The notes: generated by a model from the sequence alone, not told the origin. A stretch of 64,000 nucleotides of DNA from Bacillota bacterium (GCA_023408815.1 JAEYJO010000074.1:6768-70767), one strand, 5' to 3'. Positions 20,311 to 30,969 are shown, counted from the first letter of the stretch. Numbers and translations: made by a program.

Positions 20311-21903
20311 TTAATTCAGATATTTTAAAGGGTTCACCTGACTGCCTCCAATCAGTATCTCAAAATGAACATGAGGCCCTGAGCTGACGCCTGTATTCCC
20401 GCTGAGGGCAATCTTCTGCCCCTGCGATACCGTCTGTCCTACAGAAACGAGAACCTTGCTCAAATGTCCATATCTCGTCTGCCTTCCGTCAGCATGATTA
20501 ATATATACCACATACCCGTAGCCGCTTCCCCATCCGGCCTTTGCGACAGTTCCTGCCGAGGAGGCCATAACTGCAGTTCCCACCGGAGTTGCCCAGTCTA
20601 TCCCCTTATGGTAGGTACTTGCTCCCTTGGTCGGTCTGCTTCTGGCACCAAAGCCCGAAGAAAGACGTCCGCCGGAAATCGGTTTGATATAAGTAGGAGG
20701 TATCTTCGTTCCCCGCTCCACGATTTTGGGCACCGCTTGATAGGTAACCTCTTCCTTTACGATCTCCCTAGACATCTCCGCATTATTCCTGTAGGAAACA
20801 ATCGCCACTACTTTTCGGTGTCCTGCCGACGGCTCCTGTCTGGTTACGCTTTCCGTAGTATACCAGTCGTCGTTATCCACATAGACTACCTCAGCTTCGT
20901 AATCCTCTTCATAGTATACCTCCTCCTGCCGCTCTACGGACAATTCCGGCTCCGGCACCGTTACAATGATTTCATCTCCTACGCGGATAGTGGAGGTCTC
21001 GCTTTCGATCCCATCATTCATCTCGATAAGCTTCTCTATGGTCAGATTATTTTCCGACGCGATTTTCGACAAGGTATCTCCCGATACTACTTCATATATC
21101 TGATTTTTCTCCTGTTCCTTGGTAACTTCCTCAATGGCTTCACCAAGGGGCATCAATTCATCCTCTGAAAGATAGGATTCCACTACCTCCACCGAATCTG
21201 CGAACTCTAACGACTTAAGTCCCAGCTCATAGTCGGAAAAATCCTTCTCCCCCGCCGGTTCTACGGCATCGAAAATTTCATCCAGCCTCTCATAAATTCC
21301 AACAGAGGCCAGTACCTCCTGCTCCGCCTTTTCCTCCTGTTGTTCCTCTCTGGAAACCACACTGGTAGTCAAAACATTCAATTCCCTCGAACAATCCAGT
21401 ATGAGATCCACATAGTACTGGTCCTCAGGATCATATTTATCGATAGAAGCCTGCAATAACTGCAGGACTTCTTCTTTGCTGGCAAGGTTAACAGTATATT
21501 CGTTTATCTTTACCGTATAGGAACGGTGCAGCGTCTTTTTAATATTGTTTTCCAGAACATTTTCCATGTTCTGGACAAGGACGGACTTATCGTCGATATG
21601 CCCCCAGAACACCTCTTCTCCCTTAAGTTCCAGATCGCTGTCGATTAAAACCAGTTCTTCGCCGCCGCCTGCAAGTGCCTTTCTCGCCTCCTTTAAAGCT
21701 TCCTCCGCCACCGTGGTGTCGCCGACTTTTCCTACATCCGTTCCGTTTAAAAACACTGTAAACATATTATCTCCCGTACTTTCAATTTTAGTATAGGAGG
21801 GCATAAAAAATATGCTGGCAATAACAGCCAACACAGCTATTTTAATGGAACGTATTTGTAATCTTTTATAATATTTCGTGATTTTTTTCATAGCGATAAC
21901 CAT
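20311..21903 (-). CDS. LysM-G5-M23 peptidoglycan endopeptidase
   Basis: LysM (YEVVSGDTLSKIA), G5 (IVERGT), HKGID, RYGHL and HVHFE. Confidence 0.92.
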   Translation of the reverse strand: MVIAMKKITKYYKRLQIRSIKIAVLAVIASIFFMPSYTKIESTGDNMFTVFLNGTDVGKVGDTTVAEEALKEARKALAGGGEELVLIDSDLELKGEEVFWGHIDDKSVLVQNMENVLENNIKKTLHRSYTVKINEYTVNLASKEEVLQLLQASIDKYDPEDQYYVDLILDCSRELNVLTTSVVSREEQQEEKAEQEVLASVGIYERLDEIFDAVEPAGEKDFSDYELGLKSLEFADSVEVVESYLSEDELMPLGEAIEEVTKEQEKNQIYEVVSGDTLSKIASENNLTIEKLIEMNDGIESETSTIRVGDEIIVTVPEPELSVERQEEVYYEEDYEAEVVYVDNDDWYTTESVTRQEPSAGHRKVVAIVSYRNNAEMSREIVKEEVTYQAVPKIVERGTKIPPTYIKPISGGRLSSGFGARSRPTKGASTYHKGIDWATPVGTAVMASSAGTVAKAGWGSGYGYVVYINHADGRQTRYGHLSKVLVSVGQTVSQGQKIALSGNTGVSSGPHVHFEILIGGSQVNPLKYLN

Positions 21904-22105
21904 GACCCTTTCAAAATCTGTCGGCTTTGCGCTTTAAACAAAATTTATAATAAAGTTTTTATTTTGTAATAAAATCGTAACATTTTTATTTTATCAGCAT
22001 TTATTTTAGTTGTAAAGGAAATGTTAAATTATTGTTAATGTCAAATTACAAAAATAATGCTAGAATAGTTATTGCAAGATGCTAAAAATAACAGGAGGCT
22101 CCGGC

Positions 22106-23338
22106 ATGAATAAGGAAAATAAAGAAAAAACCATCTTCCATATCGATGTAAATTCCGCTTATCTCAGCTGGAGCGCCTTGAAAAAATTGGAAGAAGGCGA
22201 CGGACAGGACTTAAGAGAAATTCCCTCTATCATCGGCGGGGATATAGAACGCCGCCGGGGAGTCGTCTTAGCGAAGTCGATACCCGCCAAGGCTTACCAT
22301 GTAAAGACCGGGGAGCCCATCGTAAGTGCGCTGCGAAAATGTCCTCACCTTATAATAGCTTCGCCGGATCACGGCCTTTACCATCGTAGATCTCAGGAGC
22401 TTATGGCCTTTTTATATGATATCTGCCCTGACCTGGAGCAGGTCAGCGTGGACGAATGCTACATGGACTATACTCCCATAGCGGACAAATATCCCTCTCC
22501 TCTGGAAGCCGCCAACATCATAAAAGACCATATTTACGAGAAATTCGGCTATACGGTAAACGTAGGAATATCCAACAGAAAAGTACTTGCTAAAATGGCC
22601 TCCGACTTCAGGAAGCCAAACCTGGTTCATACTTTATATGCCGATGAAATCGAAAAAAAGCTTTGGCCGCTTCCAGTCTCTTCCCTATATATGTGCGGCC
22701 GCTCCAGCGCCGAAACGCTGCATAAGCTGGAAATCCTTACCATCGGAGACCTGGCCGGAGCTGACACCTTTATATTATCAGCCCATTTAAAGAGCCATGG
22801 CATTTTGCTTTGGCAATACGCCAACGGAATTGACAGCTCTGAAGTAATCTCAGAGCAGATAAATGCAAAAGGTATCGGCAATTCCACCACACTAAGAGAA
22901 GATGCCGTCACAAAAGAGGAAGCCTATAAAGTTCTTTTAAGCCTTTCCGAGACGGTAGCCGGCAGGCTTAGAAAATCCGCACAGCTAGCCAGTATGGTGA
23001 GTACAGAGCTCAAATACAATACCTTTCAGAGCGTGTCCCACCAAACGACCCTGCTCTCCCCCACCTGTACCACAGATGTCATTTACAAAACCGCCTGCTC
23101 CCTCTTCGACGAAATCTGGAACGGAACCCCTATCCGGCTTCTCGGTGTAAGAACATCCAAGCTGATTTCCGACGAGGAGCCTATTCAATTAAGTCTCTTC
23201 GATATTCAGGAAAAGACATCAGGCGGATCGACTTCCAAAAAGCAGGAAAAATTGGACATGGCGTTAGATTCCATACGAAAGAAATTCGGACCGGATTCCG
23301 TTATGAGAGGAAGCTTTTTTCATGACGAGAATATATGA
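22106..23338 (+). CDS. dinB: DNA polymerase IV (Y family), chromosomal copy
   Basis: HIDVNSAY, SVDECYMD and AKMASD; ATG after AGGAGG. Confidence 0.9.
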   Translation: MNKENKEKTIFHIDVNSAYLSWSALKKLEEGDGQDLREIPSIIGGDIERRRGVVLAKSIPAKAYHVKTGEPIVSALRKCPHLIIASPDHGLYHRRSQELMAFLYDICPDLEQVSVDECYMDYTPIADKYPSPLEAANIIKDHIYEKFGYTVNVGISNRKVLAKMASDFRKPNLVHTLYADEIEKKLWPLPVSSLYMCGRSSAETLHKLEILTIGDLAGADTFILSAHLKSHGILLWQYANGIDSSEVISEQINAKGIGNSTTLREDAVTKEEAYKVLLSLSETVAGRLRKSAQLASMVSTELKYNTFQSVSHQTTLLSPTCTTDVIYKTACSLFDEIWNGTPIRLLGVRTSKLISDEEPIQLSLFDIQEKTSGGSTSKKQEKLDMALDSIRKKFGPDSVMRGSFFHDENI

Positions 23339-23401
23339 AAAAGCGCCTCCATGCCGGCGTTCAAAGGCTCAGCTGCGAAGGCTCTTCTGCTTTCTCTAAT
23401 A

Positions 23402-23965
23402 TTATTTCTTTTTCACGCTATACCCAAAGGTCCCTATCTGCTTCCCAAGAGACATATAGGCCCCATGAGAATAAACAATAGGCCGTGCCGTCTCAAAATG
23501 GAATTTATTCTTCTCATCCATAAATTCCTCATCCGCATGCACCGCCACTACTTGTGCAATAAACATATCATGAGTACCCAGCTTCTTGATTTCCTTCACC
23601 GTACACTCAATATTCACCGGACTTTCCATCAGCAGCGGTGCCTTTACGATATCAGCAGGTGCAGCTGTCAGCCCCAGTTCTTTAAACTTGTCTATGTTCC
23701 TTCCGCTTCTGACTCCGCAGTAATCTGTGGCATAGGCCAGCTTCTCTGTTGTCAGATTGATTACGAATTCCCCGGTCTCTTCTATCATATGGTAGGAATA
23801 CCTCTCCGGCCGTACCGATATGGATACCATCGGAGGGTCACTGCAGACCGTTCCCGCCCACGCTACCGTAAATAGATTCTTTTCTCCGTTCTTATCCGCC
23901 GCACTCACCAACACTACAGGAAGAGGGTAAAGCATGTTCCCAGGCTTCCAGCTCTGTTTCCCCAT
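23402..23965 (-). CDS. Flavin reductase family protein
   Basis: YPLPVVLVS, GEFVINL, ECTV and GTHDMF. Confidence 0.9.
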   Translation of the reverse strand: MGKQSWKPGNMLYPLPVVLVSAADKNGEKNLFTVAWAGTVCSDPPMVSISVRPERYSYHMIEETGEFVINLTTEKLAYATDYCGVRSGRNIDKFKELGLTAAPADIVKAPLLMESPVNIECTVKEIKKLGTHDMFIAQVVAVHADEEFMDEKNKFHFETARPIVYSHGAYMSLGKQIGTFGYSVKKK

Positions 23966-23966
23966 A

Positions 23967-24584
23967 TTATAAAACCCCCAGTATATGAGCGACCAATAGT
24001 CCCATATTGGCCAGTGAAACTACAAGGGTAATGCTTCCGACAGCCAAAGCACTCTTATCCATTTTCTTATTCTCATTCACAGACTTCGTCTCACTATCCA
24101 CAAGAGCCTTCGTCTGCTTCTCCAGCTCTTCTACGACTACCGCTTGTACATTGCGGTATACCTTGACATTTTCCTTATGTACAAAATCATCGGACTCCTT
24201 AAAAAGTTCTTCCAGCTTCGCCATATTAGCGGCTGCTGTCTCTTTTATCTCCGCTAAAGAAGCCTCTGCATCCGCCTTTTCCCCCTCTTCACCCTTCGCA
24301 GCCTGAATTTTGGCAATACATTCTTCCGTCAGCATTTTCAATCTGAGGCTGTTCTCATCGAAAAGCTTATTAAGCTGTTCTATACTATTTCCTAGCAGTT
24401 CCTTGATCTTCTGCTCATTTTCGATATTTTTCAGATTCAGCTTCCGCATTTCCTTCATGCAGGCATCGTACTCCTCTACCTGTGCCTGAAGCTTTTCCAT
24501 CTGAGCAGCATCCGCCGCCGAGTTCGCGCGGATCGCTTCCTGCGAGCTCAATTTTTGAGCGATTTTATCCATAAAATTGTCCAT
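23967..24584 (-). CDS. Coiled-coil protein with C-terminal TM anchor
   Basis: E/K-rich heptads and hydrophobic C-terminus; GGAGG RBS. Confidence 0.75.
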   Translation of the reverse strand: MDNFMDKIAQKLSSQEAIRANSAADAAQMEKLQAQVEEYDACMKEMRKLNLKNIENEQKIKELLGNSIEQLNKLFDENSLRLKMLTEECIAKIQAAKGEEGEKADAEASLAEIKETAAANMAKLEELFKESDDFVHKENVKVYRNVQAVVVEELEKQTKALVDSETKSVNENKKMDKSALAVGSITLVVSLANMGLLVAHILGVL

Positions 24585-25030
24585 CCATTTTCCTCCAAAC
24601 ATGGTCTGTTTACCGTTCCCCCACTGTTTTTTCCTTCACGTGTTTTCTGCTTAATATATTATCATTTTTCGTTTTTATTTACAACAGTTCCAATCTTTTT
24701 GTGCAATTTGTTAGAATTTATTTATGTATTTTTTTTAGTTTTGTAAATATTAACGTTCTTTTTACATGCTGTTCATAGTTTGTTCATAAATAATTGCTAT
24801 ACTAATCACATAACAGACGAGATAGACCGTAATGTTTTTCATTACACATATAGATAAATTTTTTCATAATAGCCCAGACGCCGGAAGGTGCCTGGGCACT
24901 CCTCATTTTAGGACAAGCATATTCCCGACTTCATCAAGCAGTAGGAACAAAACAAAAAGAACGGCATAGACTAAGCCACGCCGTTCCCTGAAATATTTCC
25001 ATTATTTAATTTCTCTTGTTTTTATGTTAT

Positions 25031-25687
25031 TCATAACCGTTCATTACAATTATCTTCCTGACTCAAGCTCTGTACCTTCTCGTTGAGCAGAAGCATTTTG
25101 GCATCCAGGTCGGATACCATCTTGGCACATTCTATCAGCTCATCCTTAATATAGACCGGTGCGTTTCCTTCGAATTTGTAATGAATCTTATGCTCCAGGC
25201 TGGCCCAGAAATCCATGGCTACCGTGCGTATCTGAATCTCGACCTTCGTATCCACGATGCGGTCGGAAAGATATACCGGGACGGTTACCAGCATATGATA
25301 GCTCTTATATCCGCTGAGCTTTGGAGCGGTGATATAATCCTTTACAGAAATAATCTTGATATCGCTTTGATGGCTTATCATATCCGCTATTTCATATATA
25401 TCGGAGGTAAAGGAACAGATAACTCTTATTCCAGCAATATCATTTATATACTTTACCATATTCTCAATAGTGGATTCATAACCATTTTTCTTCAGTTTCT
25501 TAACGATGCTCTCCGACGTCTTTATTCTGGATTTGATATGCTCGATTGGATTGTATCTATGTACGTGTTGAAATTCATCGTTCAATATTTCCAGTTTGGT
25601 GGATATTTGCTTAAGCGCCGAGTTATAAATCAATATAACCTCTTTCCAATTATCCACATCACTGTCTCGTTCTACTCTAAGTTCCAT
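25031..25687 (-). CDS. Small alarmone synthetase (RelP/RelQ-like)
   Basis: SRIK, DIAGIR, GYKSYH and EIQIRT..WASLEH. Confidence 0.92.
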   Translation of the reverse strand: MELRVERDSDVDNWKEVILIYNSALKQISTKLEILNDEFQHVHRYNPIEHIKSRIKTSESIVKKLKKNGYESTIENMVKYINDIAGIRVICSFTSDIYEIADMISHQSDIKIISVKDYITAPKLSGYKSYHMLVTVPVYLSDRIVDTKVEIQIRTVAMDFWASLEHKIHYKFEGNAPVYIKDELIECAKMVSDLDAKMLLLNEKVQSLSQEDNCNERL

Positions 25688-25964
25688 TGATTTTCCGCCT
25701 TAATTAATTTATCATGCTCCATTCTTATAGGAAACATTTTTACCGAGTTCATTATACCATATTTTTATACAAATGTGCATATTTCACAAAAACTTTATTC
25801 TTTTTTAATCTTTCTTGTATATTTATACTCGCCGTTATGCTTCTGTCTTTGACTCACACCATATATTCATATGCAAAAAAAAATGAAATATTCCAATTCA
25901 TTTTTTATCCCATTGTTTCACTATATTTCTTTGCGTATAATATGATAATATAAATATCTACCAG

Positions 25965-26020
25965 TACCATCGTTTGACAAGGTCACACACGGTCGTGTAA
26001 GACCTTGTCAAACGATGGTA
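25965..26020. repeat. Perfect 20-bp inverted repeat with 16-nt loop
   Basis: TACCATCGTTTGACAAGGTC / GACCTTGTCAAACGATGGTA. Confidence 0.85.
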
Positions 26021-26050
26021 ACATCACTTTTACGAAAGGAAGTTTCAGAT

Positions 26051-26317
26051 ATGTTTCGACTATGGGCAAAAATTTTCAAGGATAATAGACAGCTTCAGGA
26101 TACCGTCATATGTGATGAAAGTCAGGATACAAGAACGCATAAAATATTTCATGCAATGGATGAAATCGTTTACCAGTTCGATCTGGGCAAACCTATCTGG
26201 CTGGATTCCACAGTTCAGGAGTTCAAACGACACGATAAAGTGCGATTCACTCAAGATAATTTTATCGAAACCATCGATTTCGACTACCTTGAAATCCATG
26301 TAATAGAGGAGGATTAG
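26051..26317 (+). CDS. Small hypothetical protein (88 aa)
   Basis: RBS GAAAGGAAG; protein-like sequence ending FDYLEIHVIEED. Confidence 0.8.
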   Translation: MFRLWAKIFKDNRQLQDTVICDESQDTRTHKIFHAMDEIVYQFDLGKPIWLDSTVQEFKRHDKVRFTQDNFIETIDFDYLEIHVIEED

Positions 26318-26345
26318 CTTTTTTTATTTTATCTGCATATTTTTA

Positions 26346-26408
26346 TTGACATTCCATACAATAAGTTGTAGTATCTAATCATGCTTAATGTAGTTTTAAA
26401 AACTACAT
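26346..26408 (+). promoter_or_regulatory. sigmaA promoter plus palindromic operator of hlyIII-like gene
   Basis: TTGACA-17-TAGTAT; ATGTAGTTTT-A-AAAACTACAT at 26388-26408. Confidence 0.65.
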
Positions 26409-26451
26409 GTTACATTTTTAAACACCGCATCTTTTATGTAAGGAGGTAGAT

Positions 26452-27105
26452 ATGATGCAAATAACAATTCGTGAGCCAGGCAGCGCAATTACCCATTTTA
26501 TTGGAATGATGATGGCGGTTTTTGCCGCTGTCCCTCTCCTGATAAAGGCCGCTACAGCTTCGGGCAGCGCTGCCTTTACCGCAATGGCAGTATTCATGCT
26601 GAGCATGATTCTTCTATATGGGGCCAGCGCCACCTATCATTCGCTGACGGTATCCGATAAGGTTTTGAGGGTATTCCGCAAAATAGATCATATGATGATA
26701 TTCGTGCTTATCGCAGGCTCCTATACTCCGGTATGCCTGATCGTACTTGGCGGTCCGCTGGGCTATACGCTGCTTGCAGTAGTATGGGGAATCGCCCTTT
26801 TAGGAATTCTCATTAAAGCACTGTGGATTACATGTCCGAAGTGGTTTTCCTCTACTATTTACATTGCCATGGGATGGGTTTGCCTCTGGGTGTTCGGACC
26901 GCTGTGGAATACTCTCCCTAAGAGCGCTTTCCTCTGGCTGCTGGCAGGAGGTGTCATCTATACGGTGGGCGGAGTTATTTACGCACTGAAGCTTCCCATT
27001 TTCAATGCGAAGCACGCGTATTTCGGCTCACATGAAATTTTTCATTTGTTCGTTATGGGCGGAAGCATCTGCCATTTCATCTTTATGTATCGTTATGTTT
27101 TGTAA
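26452..27105 (+). CDS. Hemolysin III/PAQR family membrane protein
   Basis: About 7 TM segments; SATYH, DHMMIF..IAGSYTP and HEIFHLFV. Confidence 0.92.
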   Translation: MMQITIREPGSAITHFIGMMMAVFAAVPLLIKAATASGSAAFTAMAVFMLSMILLYGASATYHSLTVSDKVLRVFRKIDHMMIFVLIAGSYTPVCLIVLGGPLGYTLLAVVWGIALLGILIKALWITCPKWFSSTIYIAMGWVCLWVFGPLWNTLPKSAFLWLLAGGVIYTVGGVIYALKLPIFNAKHAYFGSHEIFHLFVMGGSICHFIFMYRYVL

Positions 27106-27173
27106 AATAATACCAGGGACAAAAGGTCATGTTTTCAGGGTTGTGGAGCACAATCCGTAAGGATCAGGGAGCA

Positions 27174-27217
27174 AAAAATGAGCGGTGTATGCTATGATAG
27201 CTACATCGCTCATTTTT
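27174..27217. terminator. Bidirectional terminator between hlyIII-like gene and galE
   Basis: AAAAATGAGCG..CGCTCATTTTT. Confidence 0.75.
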
Positions 27218-27226
27218 CCTTTTTAT

Positions 27227-28243
27227 TTATTCTTCGTATCCACCGGGATTATTGCTCTGCCATCTCCAGGAATCCGCACACATCTCCTTGATTCCATACT
27301 GCGCTTCCCAGCCCAGTTCTTTCTTCGCCTTGCTCGCATCCGAATAGCAGGTTGCGATATCTCCCGGACGTCTGTCTTTGATGACGTAGGGAATCTTCAC
27401 TCCCGTTGCCTCTTCGAAATTCTTCACAATATCAAGCACGCTATAACCGACGCCCGTTCCCAGATTGTAAACACTAAGTCCCGCTTTTTCTTCTATCTTC
27501 TTAAGGGCTTTCACATGACCTGCTGCCAAATCCACCACGTGGATATAATCTCTTACACCGGTTCCGTCGGGAGTGTCATAATCATTGCCGAATACGCCCA
27601 GCTCTTTCAGCTTTCCTACCGCCACCTGTGTAATGTAGGGCATCAGGTTGTTGGGGATGCCGTTAGGATTCTCACCGATGGTTCCGCTTTTGTGTGCTCC
27701 GATAGGATTGAAATAACGAAGGATGATGACATTCCACTGCGGATCCGCCTTCTGCATATCCGTCAATACCTGCTCCAGCATGGACTTGGTCCATCCGTAG
27801 GGATTGGTGCACTGTCCCTTCGGGCACTCCTCTGTAATGGGGATAATAGCAGGATCGCCGTATACGGTTGCGGAGGAAGAGAAAATGATATTCTTCACAC
27901 CATGCTTTCTCATTACATCCACCAAAGTCAGCGTTCCTGCAATATTATTCTCATAATACTCCCACGGCTTCGCTACGGATTCTCCCACCGCCTTCAATCC
28001 TGCAAAATGAATACAGGAATCGATTTCTTCCTTCTCAAATACGAGGTCCAACGCCTCTCTGTCTAAAATATCTGCTTTATAAAAAGGCACCTTCTTGCCG
28101 GTAATCTTTTCCACCCGTTGTAATGACTTCTCGCTGGAATTGCTCAGGTTGTCTAAAACCACCACATCATAACCCGCACTCTGTAATTCTATTACCGTAT
28201 GGCTTCCGATATAACCGGCGCCTCCTGTGACTAATACTGCCAT
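27227..28243 (-). CDS. galE: UDP-glucose 4-epimerase
   Basis: [23 protein letters not shown] and LRYFNP. Confidence 0.97.
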   Translation of the reverse strand: MAVLVTGGAGYIGSHTVIELQSAGYDVVVLDNLSNSSEKSLQRVEKITGKKVPFYKADILDREALDLVFEKEEIDSCIHFAGLKAVGESVAKPWEYYENNIAGTLTLVDVMRKHGVKNIIFSSSATVYGDPAIIPITEECPKGQCTNPYGWTKSMLEQVLTDMQKADPQWNVIILRYFNPIGAHKSGTIGENPNGIPNNLMPYITQVAVGKLKELGVFGNDYDTPDGTGVRDYIHVVDLAAGHVKALKKIEEKAGLSVYNLGTGVGYSVLDIVKNFEEATGVKIPYVIKDRRPGDIATCYSDASKAKKELGWEAQYGIKEMCADSWRWQSNNPGGYEE

Positions 28244-28367
28244 TTTCTTACCTCCTGCCTAATTGAATACTGGTTTCTTATGTCTTGTTTCATTCTCCTT
28301 AAGTTTACTCCCATACCGCCTTTTTTCAATATGGCAATGTTACTAATGGCTGTCAAAATGTTAAACA

Positions 28368-29591
28368 CTATAAAATAATTCCATTTTCCTTGCACAGCTC
28401 TCTGGCCGTATCTACGGAATCCACACCTACCGCATTCTTAATCGGAGCAAATTCCCTGTTTCTCTCCACCTCATAAGAAAGGCAATTGTCCACCTGATGA
28501 ATCATGTCCAGCACCAAGGTTTCATATTTATAGCCGTTGGGCTTATCGGGCGAAACAGTTTTTCCTGTTTTATCTATATATGGTATCTTCTTCTCCACCA
28601 CGTGAAGGGGAAGCTTATCCTCCGTAGTGGCATCCAGATCCTTTACCCGGAAAAGGTAGTTCAATATAACGCCAAAGTTGTAGGCAGGTTCCCCGCGTTC
28701 GTCCCTGGCTTCCTTCATCGCTTCGGTAAGCTCATAATATTCCACGATGGAGGGTTTTCCATCCTCAAGACACAAGGTGCCGACACGCTCGTCCGGCGTC
28801 TTCTTCTTCACCACCTTGGCTCCCGAAACGCATCCGTTAGCAATTACGGCACCTACGAAGCAGGGATCCGCAATGCGCTGGAGCACGTTGTCCACCGCAA
28901 ATACGTTCATCCATTCGATGCCGTTCTTTTTCACGGTATCTACCAGCCCCCATTTGCTCATCGACGTGAACCAGCCTCCATTTCCGTTAGGAGAGGTGGA
29001 AATCTTCCCCATTTCTTCCATGTATACTTTGCCTTCGTAATCCGAAGCCGGTACCATCTCCTGCTTAAAAAAGGTCACAAAAGCTTCCTTGTAACCGAAA
29101 TATTCCTGCTCTTTAAAAAACTCTATGGTAATCTCATGGTTCTTATCGCTAGTCATGACAAACAAATGAATCCATGTCTCCGCTTCTTTCACTACATCCA
29201 GAAGATTCTCGATGATCCTCTGAAAAATATAAACCGGACGAGTAATTCCTATATCGAACATTCCCTTGGGAGAATCAGAACCCAACCGCGTTCCCATTCC
29301 TCCTGCCAGAAGCACCGCAGCGACCTTTCCCTTCTTAATTTCCTCCAGGCCGATGGCCGTATATCTTTCACGATTCCCGTCAATCTGCGCAAGCTGCATG
29401 GCAATCAGAGGAGCAATCTCCCCCTTCTGATTCGTCGTGTTGTTCTTGCAATATTTCAGCACCTTAAAATTGGTGGTATCTATCTGTTCAAGCAGTGCCT
29501 CCTTCTCCGGCACCGTCAGTCTCTCATAATAATCGAGCACGTGCAGTTGTCCGCACTTCTCCAGCTTTTCATACGCTTCCTTGTAATTCAT
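28368..29591 (-). CDS. UDP-sugar pyrophosphorylase (UDPGP/UAP1-like family)
   Basis: LLAGGMGTRLG..PKG, SPNGNG, VDNVL, IVEYYE and EFAPIKN. Confidence 0.88.
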   Translation of the reverse strand: MNYKEAYEKLEKCGQLHVLDYYERLTVPEKEALLEQIDTTNFKVLKYCKNNTTNQKGEIAPLIAMQLAQIDGNRERYTAIGLEEIKKGKVAAVLLAGGMGTRLGSDSPKGMFDIGITRPVYIFQRIIENLLDVVKEAETWIHLFVMTSDKNHEITIEFFKEQEYFGYKEAFVTFFKQEMVPASDYEGKVYMEEMGKISTSPNGNGGWFTSMSKWGLVDTVKKNGIEWMNVFAVDNVLQRIADPCFVGAVIANGCVSGAKVVKKKTPDERVGTLCLEDGKPSIVEYYELTEAMKEARDERGEPAYNFGVILNYLFRVKDLDATTEDKLPLHVVEKKIPYIDKTGKTVSPDKPNGYKYETLVLDMIHQVDNCLSYEVERNREFAPIKNAVGVDSVDTARELCKENGIIL

Positions 29592-29909
29592 TCAACAGTA
29601 CTTCCTTTCTTCACGATTCATAAATTGGGACCGCGAGCCTTCCTATTTATACTTCCCAAAACCGCTTTCTCCATTCATCCTCTTGAGCTTTAAAACAGAG
29701 TTATTCTGCAGTTCTCCAGCCCTCCGGCCGTATCTTTATCTTTCGATTTTTACAGGAAATATTTAATTACAAACTTTGACATGATTATAACAAATTCTGC
29801 ATATAGGTACAAGTTATTTGAGATTTAAGTTACACATGTGGCACATCCAAGGAATAGTATGTATTATAGGCTTCGGTTATCGGCCGAAAAGAAACGAGGT
29901 TTATCCAAA

Positions 29910-30896
29910 ATGAAAATATTATTTCTAGAAAGTCATCCTATGCTGATAAACGGATTGCCCAACGGTTTTCGGGAAGCCGGTTGTGAGGTTAAAATTTCAG
30001 GTCCGCTGACAAAGGAAAATATTCCTATGATGATAGAGGATTTCCATCCGGACCTGCTTTTTATGCTGGGATGGAGCACCGAAACTACTATAGAAAAAGT
30101 GAAATGGGTACATTTTTATAGTGAAAACGCAAAAATCCCGCTGGCATATTGGGCGACAGAAGACCCTACTCATACCTACAGTTTTACCCTTCCTCTGCTC
30201 AAGGAGCTAAAGCCGGACTTCGTCTTTACAATCTGTAAGGGCAGAGTCATGTATTATCAAATGTTAGGTTTCAAAGCCGCTCACATGGACTTCGGATATT
30301 ATTCGAAAGTACATTATAAGGCAGCACCTAATGAAAAATATAAATGCGATATCGCTGTGGTCGCTAACGCTTATCCTAACGTATTACATTTATATCCTCA
30401 TCATTACCGCATCACATCCCTGAAAATTCTCATAGCTCCGTTGATTGCCGAAGGCATCCGGGTTGATTTCTGGGGAAGGAAATGGGCCGAAATGGCACAT
30501 TTGCTAGGAAACGATATTCCTTCGGACTGTATACACGGCTATCTCAATTACACTCTTGCTAATCAGGTATACAGCTCTGCTTCTATTATGCTGGGCCTGC
30601 AGAACCAGCTTAATCAGGTCAGTCAGCGCACCTACGAAATTATGGGTTCCGGAGGAGTCCTGATAACCTCCGTTACCCCTGAGGTAAATAGACTCTTTCA
30701 GTCGGGCCGGGATTTGCTGACCTCCGATTCGCCGGAACGGACACTTGAGCTGGTCAGGCATTATCTTAACGCTCCTGAGGAAAGAGAAAAAATCAGCAAA
30801 CAGGCTCAGCTTGCCGTAGAGCCACATAGTTATCTTAATCGTGCAAAAGAAGCACTTCAGGCTTTGTCAGAACAAAAAATTATTTCCTTACAGTAA
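29910..30896 (+). CDS. CgeB-like spore maturation glycosyltransferase
   Basis: YWATEDP and SQRTYEIMGSGG motifs. Confidence 0.8.
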   Translation: MKILFLESHPMLINGLPNGFREAGCEVKISGPLTKENIPMMIEDFHPDLLFMLGWSTETTIEKVKWVHFYSENAKIPLAYWATEDPTHTYSFTLPLLKELKPDFVFTICKGRVMYYQMLGFKAAHMDFGYYSKVHYKAAPNEKYKCDIAVVANAYPNVLHLYPHHYRITSLKILIAPLIAEGIRVDFWGRKWAEMAHLLGNDIPSDCIHGYLNYTLANQVYSSASIMLGLQNQLNQVSQRTYEIMGSGGVLITSVTPEVNRLFQSGRDLLTSDSPERTLELVRHYLNAPEEREKISKQAQLAVEPHSYLNRAKEALQALSEQKIISLQ

Positions 30897-30901
30897 TCAA
30901 A

Positions 30902-30949
30902 AGAAAAATACATTGTAGAAGATATTACTTTCTACCAATGTATTTTTCT
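30902..30949. terminator. Intrinsic terminator after cgeB-like gene
   Basis: AGAAAAATACATT..AATGTATTTTTCT. Confidence 0.75.
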
Positions 30950-30969
30950 GATTTAAATGAGAAAAAAGC

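Noticed and set aside
24882..24900. CCGGAAGG loop resembling SRP RNA
   Set aside because: Lacks the flanking CAGG/AGCA internal loop and the long stem.
24832..24969. 45-codon ORF in the candidate sRNA region
   Set aside because: No RBS and no protein-like features; a non-coding role seems more likely.
28497..29693. 398-aa plus-strand ORF (likewise 3988-4998, 9163-9900, 11623-12525, 27185-28066)
   Set aside because: Antisense shadows of well-recognised genes; no motifs and atypical composition.
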